This document shows, one piece after another, positions 53,775 to 64,000 of a DNA stretch of 64,000 nucleotides (within the stretch, counting starts at the first letter, position 1; each line of letters starts with the position of its first letter). Below the pieces are notes generated by a model, which saw only the letters and a list, made by a program, of their open reading frames with translations, made no database searches and was not told the DNA's origin. The translations under genes were made by a program, and so were the position numbers. The stretch comes from Eledone cirrhosa (Eukaryota). Location of the stretch: contig OZ024741.1 in assembly GCA_964016885.1 (NCBI GenBank), positions 165,912,001 through 165,976,000 of the forward strand, written 5' to 3'.

Positions 53775-54240
53775 TCTCGAGTGCTACTGGTAACATGTAA
53801 CCCAGTACAACCTGTCTCATGGTCGGCGACTAAACCGGCAACCCCACCAAGCTTGCTTGGTGAGGAGGGTGATATTTGGACACCGTGTGGGATGACATAC
53901 AAAACCCAGCAAAGCGCGGAGTAACTCAGCAGAGTCAACGGCTATCTAAATAGTACTTTTTTTTCTAGCTGGGAGTGAAATGCCCCCCGGTTGTTGTCAC
54001 AACACCTTTCTGAGGGAGGGAAACACTGGAAAAAAAGAAAAGAAAAACCCGGTGGCTTCGGAAACATCCGATGATGTTGACCAGTTCTCCTTTTCGGGTA
54101 GTGTTTTCGATGCTCAGAGAGTGGGTTTGGTCGAGTGAAGGGCCCCCTCCACTTAAAAAACCTTCAAAGCAAAGGCATTGCTTGTTCAGGACCTGTTACA
54201 AGCGATTGCAATACTCTTAGCAGAGTTTGCAGCCATCATG
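53775..54240 (+). mobile_element. RTE-associated non-autonomous element between (TATG)n tracts
   Basis: 3' ACAAGCGATTGCAATACTCTTAGCAGAGTTTGCAGCCATCAT matches the RTE end at 15823-15864. Confidence 0.7.
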
Positions 54241-54787
54241 TATGTATGTATGTGTGTATGTATGTATGTATGAATGTATGTATGTATGTATGAATGAATG
54301 TATGTGTGTGTGTGAGGGAGAGAGAGAGGAAGAGAGAAAGAGAGAAAGGGGGATAGTTTTGTTCTTTGGTAGAGACATAAACAATAAGATTTCCGTTTAT
54401 CCGTTAACCAATATCTTCCCTAACTACCTTGGTCTAGCTGTTTGAAGATAACACACGCGGTTTATTATTAAATTAGTTTTTCATTTTTGTTTTCGAAACT
54501 TTGGTTTATACCACTCGTGGTTTTTTTTTTGGGGGGGGGGGGGATTAAAAAAAACCCCCAAAACACCAACAACACTACCAACAGCAAGAACAACAACAAC
54601 AGCAACAACACAAACAATAACGGCAATAACAACTCCAATATCAACAACAACATCATTATCACCACTATTACTAACAATCAGTACACCACTACCACCCCCG
54701 AGAGCAATAACAACTATGACAACAACAATAACATCAACAACAACAACAGCAACACCAACATTAACAACAGCACCATCACCATTATTA

Positions 54788-55345
54788 CTGGCAGTTTCGG
54801 TTAAGCGCCGGACAACATGCTTTGTAGCAGAGAGTTACAGCCCTTTACGTTCTGCGTTCAAAACCCGCCGAGGTTAGCTTTGCCTTTCATCCTTACGGGG
54901 TCGATAAAATAAAGTACCAGTAACACACGGGGGTCGATTTAATCGACTTTCCCTTCCCTCCAAATTTGCTGGCCTTGTGCCTAAATCAGAAACCATTATT
55001 GGATTGGCAGTATCGGTAGAGGTTTGGAAGCTATGCTTTGCAGTATAGAGTTACTCCCCTTTACGATCTGAGTTCAAATCCCGCCGAGGTTGACTTTGCC
55101 TTTCATCCTTACGGGGTTGATAAAATAAAGTACCAGTAATGCACTGGGTAATTGCTGGCCTTGTGCCAAAAGTAGAAACCATTATTACAACCACCACTAA
55201 TAGTGGTTTCTTATATAGGCACAAGGCCAGCAATTTTTGGGGAGGGGAAAGTCGATTAAATCGACTCCAGTGCGTGACTGGTACTTTATTTTATCGACCT
55301 GGTAAGGATGTCAGGCAAAGTTAACCTCAACGGCATTTGAACTCA
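54788..55345. mobile_element. Three tRNA-SINEs (two plus-strand in tandem, one minus-strand)
   Basis: Family cores. Confidence 0.8.
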
Positions 55346-55349
55346 CAAC

Positions 55350-55900
55350 CACCACTAATAGTAACAACAATAACACAAGAGTCACTACAATGGCACCACC
55401 ACTACCAACAAAAACAACAAAAACAACACTAGCACCGGTACCACCGCCACCATAACCACTACCACCACAAAAACCACCAACATCACCAACAATAACAAAT
55501 ATAACACTAGCACCGGCTTCATCACAACCACCACCAGCACTACCACCAGAACCTCTACCAACACCAACACCAGAACCTCTACCAGCACCAACACCAGAAC
55601 CTCTACAACAATACTAGCACCACCAATGCTGATGCCGCCGCCGCCGCCACCACCACCACCACCACCACCTAGACCACTACCAAAAAACAACAACAATAGT
55701 ACTGCTAACACAACCATCACCATCAGCACCACTACCACTACCACCAACAACAACACTAGCACCGCCATGACCACCACTACTACCACCACTACCACCACCA
55801 CTACCACCACTACCAACAACACTAGCACCGCCAAGACCATCACTACTACCACCACCACCACTACCACCACTACCACCACCACCACCATCACCAACAACAT
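55350..55900. repeat. (ACC/ACT/AAC) trinucleotide low-complexity tract; similar tract at 57045-57450
   Basis: Direct inspection. Confidence 0.9.
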
Positions 55901-56185
55901 ATCTAAATCCCTCTGTGAATGGTGTAGGTCTACCGGAAGTGAGATGTTACTAATTACAAGACCTAACAATAGTTCTATTGTAAGTGTATTTTTGCTATTC
56001 TCCAAACAATTTTCCCTTCAGAGTTAGATTTGACAAACATTGTTTGAACTATTGGCGTTTCTAGTCAGCTTTTGTTGATCATTTCAGATTAGTAACTTGG
56101 AATTACTACCTCTACACCTTACCCTATTCTTTCTCCCTCCTGACGCCTCTCCTATCTCTCTCTCTTTCTCTCTCTCTCTCTTTTT

Positions 56186-56280
<95 letters not shown>

Positions 56281-56389
56281 TACTGTATATACATATATAT
56301 ATATATATAAAAAACATGAGAAGAAAGGTTACATATGATAAAAATAGTCCTTCATCAGTGATTTTCCAACCTTCATTGGTATTACATCG

Positions 56390-56460
<71 letters not shown>

Positions 56461-56504
56461 CAAACATATATATATATATACATATATACGTATGCACACG
56501 CACG

Positions 56505-56547
<43 letters not shown>

Positions 56548-56562
56548 TATATAGATATATAT

Positions 56563-56698
<136 letters not shown>

Positions 56699-57137
56699 CA
56701 AACATATATATATACACATATATACGTATGCACACACACACACACACACATATATATAAATATGTGTGTATATATATATATATTATATATATATATATTG
56801 TTGCTGTTGTCGTTTTTGTCGTGATATTTATTGCTTCTACTAGAAAAAAGACATTACATTAATACTATATCTAGTTTATTAAAACATCACCAAAACCATA
56901 CCGTCTTTCAAGATATAAAGATGTTATTGTTTCCTGTAGACGATCTATGGTTATCAAAGTTAGAAAATTAATATAATCGATAAATATCCATTCTTATAAC
57001 CATTTTTATAACAACCAATCCAATATCGGCAGGGACCCTTATATCATGATCACCACCATCATTACTACTGCTACTGCTACTACTACTACTACTACTACCA
57101 CCATCACCACTACCACCACTACAACAAAACCACCACC

Positions 57138-57208
<71 letters not shown>

Positions 57209-57362
57209 CCCTCCACACCACCCACACCAGTAGCTACTGCTACTACTACTACTACCACCACCACCACCACCACCACCACCACTACTACCACCCCCACAAC
57301 CCCCCACTCACCCCTACACCACCCCACACCTCCACACCCCAATCACCACCACCACCACCACC

Positions 57363-57397
<35 letters not shown>

Positions 57398-57484
57398 CAC
57401 CCTCACCCCGCCACCACCACCACCACTACTACTACTTCTACTACTACTCTTGTTCTTCAACTCTTCTATTGTGATTTTAATGTA

Positions 57485-58165
57485 TTGACTGTATCGTTAG
57501 AATATCGGATTAAGGCGTACCAGCATTTGTGCTGCCTCTTTACATTCTGAGTTCAAACCATAACGAGGTTAGCTTTGCCTTTCATCTTTACGGGGTCGAT
57601 GAAATAAAGTACCAGTAACGCACTAAGGTCGATTTAAAGAACCCCCCCCCCCCGCCTCTCCCTAAAAATTATGACCTTATGCCTAAATCAGAAACACTTA
57701 TCATTTGTTTTATCTGTGGAGATGTGCTTCAGCTCGTTCCATAAACGAGAACCTATTTTGTTGTGTAAACAACTGAGATAGATAGTCAGACATAAGTGTT
57801 TACAGCACTTCGGTGGCAATATTTGCGTTTTTAAATAACAAATCATGGTGTCACAATTCTTTTTTGAGAATTGAGCGGAGAATAACAAATAATTGTTTCT
57901 ACTTTAGGCACAAGGCCAGCAATTACCCAGTGCATTACTGGTACTTTATTTTATCGACCCCCGTAAGGATGAAAGGCAAAGTCAACCTCGGCGGGATTTG
58001 AACTCAGATCGTAAAGGGACGTAACTATGCTGAACAAATAATGGTTTCTTATATAGACACAAGGCCAACATATTTTGGAGGAGGGGGAAGTCGATTAAAT
58101 CGACTCCAGTACGTTACTGGTGCTTTATTTTATCGACCCTGTAAGGATGAAAGGCAAAGTTAATT
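57485..58165. mobile_element. tRNA-SINE cluster
   Basis: Plus copy 57485-57695; minus copies 57888-58165. Confidence 0.75.
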
Positions 58166-58282
58166 TCACAGACACGTGTATCCTTAATGTAATTCTTAGG
58201 GAGATTCAGTGTATGACAAAGCTGGCCATTTGAATTACAGGTAGAGTTCATCTGATGGGCTTCCAAACAGTTTCCGTCTACC

Positions 58283-58574
58283 CAGAGGCGTAACTAGGGT
58301 ATGACAAGCATGGCACGTGCCATGGAGGGTCACATGAAGGGGGCGCCACTTAGACTATGTTCTATTAAAGTCAAATAAGCCTCGTCAGACTGAGAAAAGA
58401 AACACCTTCAGATATATGATCTGTCTCTGATTATCATGGATGAGAACACTTTGGTGACTGGATCATTAAACTATTTATATAGATTATTAGGCCCATAGGT
58501 AAAAATACAGTGCTTAGCCAGGGGCGCAGTTTCACTGCTTGCCATGGGCACTATTTTCCCTAGTTTTGCCTCTG
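58283..58574. mobile_element. hAT-like MITE nested in a SINE-like repeat
   Basis: TIR CAGAGGCGTAACTAGGG / CCCTAGTTTTGCCTCTG interrupts GTTTCCGTCTACC..AATTTCACCCACAAGG. Confidence 0.65.
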
Positions 58575-58920
58575 CCCCTGGCACAATTTCACCCACAAGG
58601 GATGGATCGATCCGAGTCTACGATAAATGACACTTGCCAAAAATACCACGCAGTGGGGTTGTAGCGAACTCCTTAATCATTCAACCATGCAGCGTCCGTA
58701 CGAGATAAATAAACCAACAACAATAAGAACAAATACACAATTGTTATTCATTCATTCATTAATTCAATCATTCATTCATTCACAAACAACATTAACTTGT
58801 AGTAAAAACAGCAGCAGCGTCAGCAGTGACAGAGATCAAAGCTGAAACAGCAGTAGTAGTAATATAAACACCAATTAAGAAGACAACAGCAGCAGTAACA
58901 GTGGCAAGAGCTGACACAGC

Positions 58921-58954
<34 letters not shown>

Positions 58955-59084
58955 TAAACACCATTAACAACAACAACAGCAACTAGTAGAAAAAAAAACG
59001 GTAAGGGCGGCAGCAGCAACTAGTAATAAAGACTAACAGCAGCAACAGAAACACAAATAACAACAGCAGCATCAATCATTAGTG

Positions 59085-59570
59085 AAGACAGTAACAGCAG
59101 CAGCAGCAGCAGTAGCAGCAGCAGCAACAAGATCTGCAACAGCAACAAGATGAGCAACAACAGCAGTAGCAGCAACAACAGCAGTAGCAGCAACAACAGC
59201 AGTAGCAGCAACAACAGCAGTAGCAGCAACAAATGCAGTAGCAGCAACAACAGCAGTAGCAGCAACAGCAGTAGCAGCAACAACAGCAGTAGCAGCAGCA
59301 ACAGCAGTAGCAGCAGCAACAGCAGTAGCAGCAACAACAACAGTAGCAACAACAGCAGTAGCAACAACAACAGCAACAGCAGCAACAACAACAACAGTAG
59401 CAACAACAACAACAACAGTAGCAACAACAGCAGTAGCAACAACAACAGCAACAGCAGCAACAACAACGAGAGTAGCAGCAACAACAGCAGCAGCAGCAAC
59501 AACAACGACAGTAGCAGCAATGCAAATGCCAACAACAACACCACCAACAACAACAACAGCAGCAGCAGAA
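59085..59570. repeat. (CAG/CAA/TAG) trinucleotide repeat
   Basis: Direct inspection. Confidence 0.9.
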
Positions 59571-59984
59571 ATCAGAGATTTCCGATCGGAAAGAGAGAGA
59601 TTTCAACTTGAACCTTACATCCGTAAAGTTGGGAAGAGGGAGCAGGGGTGAGGAGGAGGAGGGGATGAGGAGGAGGGGGGAGGTGGAGGAGGAGGTGGAG
59701 GAAATAATTGAGGGGTGACAGGAAGAGGAGAGTGAAGGAGCTGGAGGCTGGTAACCATTTATCCCCCCCTCCCCCCTAAAAAGAACTTCCGGCTAAAGTG
59801 GGAATTAAGTGTGACTTTTAGAGAGATATAATGAAGTGGATGTCCCGAGGAAAGATCTGGCGATGGGAACCCAGAAAACTATATTGTCGTATAGCTGTAT
59901 CTAGGGCTGGTATAGGTGATGTAGTTTAGGGTCAGAGAATGGTAAGGCGTGGAGAAGGAAGGGGGGGGGGCATTTTGTTATAGT

Positions 59985-62900
59985 AGAGACAGTGTGGTTG
60001 GGGTGGTAGTAGTGGTAGTGTAGTTGAGGTGGTAGTAGAGATAGTGTGGTTTGGGTGGTAGTAGTGGTAGTGTAGTTGATGTGGTAGTGAAGACAGTGTG
60101 GTTGGGGTGGTAGTAGTGGTAGTGTAGTTGATGTGGTAGTGAAGACAGTGTGGTTGGGGTGGTAGTAGTGGTAGTGTAGTTGATGTGGTAGTGAAGACAG
60201 TGTGGTTGGGGTGGTAGTAGTGGTAGTGTAGTTGATGTGGTAGTGAAGACAGTGTGGTTGGGGTGGTAGTAGTGGTAGTGTAGTTGATGTGGTAATGAAG
60301 ACAGTGTGGTTGGGGTGGTAGTAGTGGTAGTGTAGTTGATGTGGTAGTGAAGACAGTGTGGTTGGGGTGGTAGTAGTGGTAGTGTAGTTGATGTGGTAAT
60401 AGAGATAGTGTAGTTGAGGTGGTAGTAGAGATAGTGTAGTTGGGGTGGTAGTACTGGCAGCGTAGTTGGGGTGGTAGTAGTGGTAGTGTAGTTGATGTGG
60501 TAGTGAAGACAGTGTGGTTGGGGTGGTAGTAGTGGTAGTGTAGTTGATGTGGTAGTGAAGACAGTGTGGTTGGGGTGGTAGTAGTGGTAGTGTAGTTGAT
60601 GTGGTAGTGAAGACAGTGTGGTTGGGGTGGTAGTAGTGGTAGTGTAGTTGATGTGGTAGTGAAGACAGTGTGGGTGAGGTGGTAGTAGTGGTAGTGTAGT
60701 TGATGTGGTAGTGAAGACAGTGCGGTTGGGGTGGTAGTAGTGGTAGTGTAGTTGATGTGATAGTGAAGACAGTGTGGTTGGGGTGGTAGTAGTGGTAGTG
60801 TAGTTGATGTGGTAGTGAAGACAGTGTGGTTGAGGTGGTAGTAGTGGTACTGTAGTTGATGTGGTAGTGAAGATAGTGTGGTTGTGGTGGTAGTAGTGTT
60901 AGTGTAGTTGATGTGGTAGTGAAGACAGTGTGGTTGGGGTGGTAGTAGTGGTAGTGTAGTTGATGTGGTAGTGAAGACAGTGTGGTTGGGGTGGTAGTAG
61001 TGGTAGTGTAGTTGATGTGGTAGTGAAGACAGTGTGGTTGGGGTGGTAGTGTAGTTGATGTGGTAGTGAAGACAGTGTGGGTGAGGTGGTAGTAGTGGTA
61101 GTGTAGTTGATGTGGTAGTGAAGACAGTGTGGTTGGGGTGGTAGTAGTGGTAGTGTAGTTGATGTGATAGTGAAGACAGTGTGGTTGGGGTGGTAGTAGT
61201 GGTAGTGTAGTTGATGTGGTAGTGAAGACAGTGTGGTTGAGGTGGTAGTAGTGGTAGTGTAGTTGATGTGGCAGTGAAGATAGTGTGGTTGTGGTGGTAG
61301 TAGTGTTAGTGTAGTTGATGTAGTAGTGAAGACAGTGTGATTGAGGTGGTAGTAGTGGTAGTGTAGTTGATGTGGTAGTGAAGACAGTGTGATTGAGGTG
61401 GTAGTAGTGGTAGTGTAGTTGATGTGGTAGTGAAGACAGTGTGATTGAGGTGGTAGTAGTGGTAGTGTAGTTGATGTGGTAGTGAAGACAGTGTGGTTGA
61501 GGTGGTAGTAGTGGTAGTGTAGTTGATGTGGTAGTGAAGACAGTGTGGTTGGGGTGGTAGTAGTGGTAGTGTAGTTGATGTGGTAGTGAAGACAGTGTGG
61601 TTGGGGTGGTAGTAGTGGTAGTGTAGTTGATCTGGTAGTGAAGACAGTGTGGTTGGGGTGGTAGTAGTGGTAGTGTAGTTGATGTGGTAGTGAAGACAGT
61701 GTGGTTGGGGTGGTAGTAGTGGTAGTGTAGTTGATGTGGTAATAGAGATAGTGTAGTTGAGGTGGTAGTAGAGATAGTGTAGTTGGGGTGGTAGTACTGG
61801 CAGCGTAGTTGGGGTGGTAGTAGTGGTAGTGTAGTTGATGTGGTAGTGAAGACAGTGTGGTTGGGGTGGTAGTAGTGGTAGTGTAGTTGATGTGGTAGTG
61901 AAGACAGTGTGGTTGGGGTGGTAGTAGTGGTAGTGTAGTTGATGTGGTAGTGAAGACAGTGTGGTTGGGGTGGTAGTAGTGGTAGTGTAGTTGATGTGGT
62001 AGTGAAGACAGTGTGGGTGAGGTGGTAGTAGTGGTAGTGTAGTTGATGTGGTAGTGAAGACAGTGCGGTTGGAGTGGTAGTAGTGGTAGTGTAGTTGATG
62101 TGATAGTGAAGACAGTGTGGTTGGGGTGGTAGTAGTGGTAGTGTAGTTGATGTGGTAGTGAAGACAGTGTGGTTGAGGTGGTAGTAGTGGTACTGTAGTT
62201 GATGTGGTAGTGAAGATAGTGTGGTTGTGGTGGTAGTAGTGTTAGTGTAGTTGATGTGGTTGTGAAGACAGTGTGGTTGGGGTGGTAGTAGTGGTAGTGT
62301 AGTTGATGTGGTAGTGAAGACAGTGTGGTTGGGGTGGTAGTAGTGGTAGTGTAGTTGATGTGGTAGTGAAGACAGTGTGGTTGGGGTGGTAGTGTAGTTG
62401 ATGTGGTAGTGAAGACAGTGTGGGTGAGGTGGTAGTAGTGGTAGTGTAGTTGATGTGGTAGTGAAGACAGTGTGGTTGGGGTGGTAGTAGTGGTAGTGTA
62501 GTTGATGTGATAGTGAAGACAGTGTGGTTGGGGTGGTAGTAGTGGTAGTGTAGTTGATGTGGTAGTGAAGACAGTGTGGTTGAGGTGGTAGTAGTGGTAG
62601 TGTAGTTGATGTGGCAGTGAAGATAGTGTGGTTGTGGTGGTAGTAGTGTTAGTGTAGTTGATGTGGTAGTGAAGACAGTGTGGTTGGGGTGGTAGTAGTG
62701 GTAGTGTAGTTGATGTGGTAGTGAAGACAGTGTGGTTGGGGTGGTAGTAGTGGTAGTGTAGTTGATGTGGTAGTGAAGACAGTGTGGTTGGGGTGGTAGT
62801 AGTGGTAGTGTAGTTGATGTGGTAGTGAAGACAGTGTGGTTGGGGTGGTAGTAGTGGTAGTGTAGTTGATGTGGTAATGAAGACAGTGTGGTTGGGGTGG

Positions 62901-64000
62901 TAGTAGTGGTAGTGTAGTTGATGTGGTAGTGAAGACAGTGTGGTTGGGGTGGTAGTAGTGGTAGTGTAGTTGATGTGGTAATAGAGATAGTGTAGTTGAG
63001 GTGGTAGTAGAGATAGTGTAGTTGGGGTGGTAGTACTGGCAGCGTAGTTGGGGTGGTAGTAGTGGTAGTGTAGTTGATGTGGTAGTGAAGACAGTGTGGT
63101 TGGGGTGGTAGTAGTGGTAGTGTAGTTGATGTGGTAGTGAAGACAGTGTGGTTGGGGTGGTAGTAGTGGTAGTGTAGTTGATGTGGTAGTGAAGACAGTG
63201 TGGTTGGGGTGGTAGTAGTGGTAGTGTAGTTGATGTGGTAGTGAAGACAGTGTGGGTGAGGTGGTAGTAGTGGTAGTGTAGTTGATGTGGTAGTGAAGAC
63301 AGTGCGGTTGGGGTGGTAGTAGTGGTAGTGTAGTTGATGTGATAGTGAAGACAGTGTGGTTGGGGTGGTAGTAGTGGTAGTGTAGTTGATGTGGTAGTGA
63401 AGACAGTGTGGTTGAGGTGGTAGTAGTGGTACTGTAGTTGATGTGGTAGTGAAGATAGTGTGGTTGTGGTGGTAGTAGTGTTAGTGTAGTTGATGTGGTA
63501 GTGAAGACAGTGTGGTTGGGGTGGTAGTAGTGGTAGTGTAGTTGATGTGGTAGTGAAGACAGTGTGGTTGGGGTGGTAGTAGTGGTAGTGTAGTTGATGT
63601 GGTAGTGAAGACAGTGTGGTTGGGGTGGTAGTGTAGTTGATGTGGTAGTGAAGACAGTGTGGGTGAGGTGGTAGTAGTGGTAGTGTAGTTGATGTGGTAG
63701 TGAAGACAGTGTGGTTGGGGTGGTAGTAGTGGTAGTGTAGTTGATGTGATAGTGAAGACAGTGTGGTTGGGGTGGTAGTAGTGGTAGTGTAGTTGATGTG
63801 GTAGTGAAGACAGTGTGGTTGAGGTGGTAGTAGTGGTAGTGTAGTTGATGTGGCAGTGAAGATAGTGTGGTTGTGGTGGTAGTAGTGTTAGTGTAGTTGA
63901 TGTAGTAGTGAAGACAGTGTGATTGAGGTGGTAGTAGTGGTAGTGTAGTTGATGTGGTAGTGAAGACAGTGTGATTGAGGTGGTAGTAGTGGTAGTGTAG
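59985..64000. repeat. 52-bp G/T-rich satellite, >4 kb, runs off the window end
   Basis: Unit GTGGTAGTGAAGACAGTGTGGTTGGGGTGGTAGTAGTGGTAGTGTAGTTGAT (60081 to 60133). Confidence 0.97.

Noticed and set aside
59020-59611. PolyQ/polyS/polyL ORFs
   Set aside because: Pure CAG/CAA/TAG repeat; the polyQ frame is interrupted by TAG stops
59985-64000. Telomeric array
   Set aside because: No TTAGGG units; it is a 52-bp satellite

Overview
Eukaryotic, AT-rich, repeat-saturated DNA with no recognisable intact host gene. The SINE types and the extreme microsatellite load suggest a cephalopod (octopus-like) genome, which is an inference. Nearly all ORFs in the track are microsatellite artefacts. Real content: one near-full-length but frameshifted Penelope-like retroelement (27.6-32.6 kb, minus strand, RT plus GIY-YIG, duplicated pLTR), further Penelope GIY-YIG remnants, Tx1/L1, RTE and CR1/Jockey-type LINE fragments, many tRNA-derived SINEs, hAT and Tc1 MITEs, minisatellites and a 52-bp satellite with higher-order repeats. 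Reading by eye also shows about 10 canonical-order type I hammerhead ribozymes from at least 6 families and a degenerate HDV-like fold at the 5' end of an RTE-associated element. The main finding is a hammerhead-core motif whose three conserved strands occur in the order NUH, GAAA, CUGANGA. This order is not a circular permutation of types I/II/III. It appears in three sequence-divergent (TA)n-inserted elements (33.7/48.5 kb, 42.05 kb, 42.3 kb) with helices that differ in sequence but keep their pairing. All RNA folds were derived by manual base-pairing and are untested.
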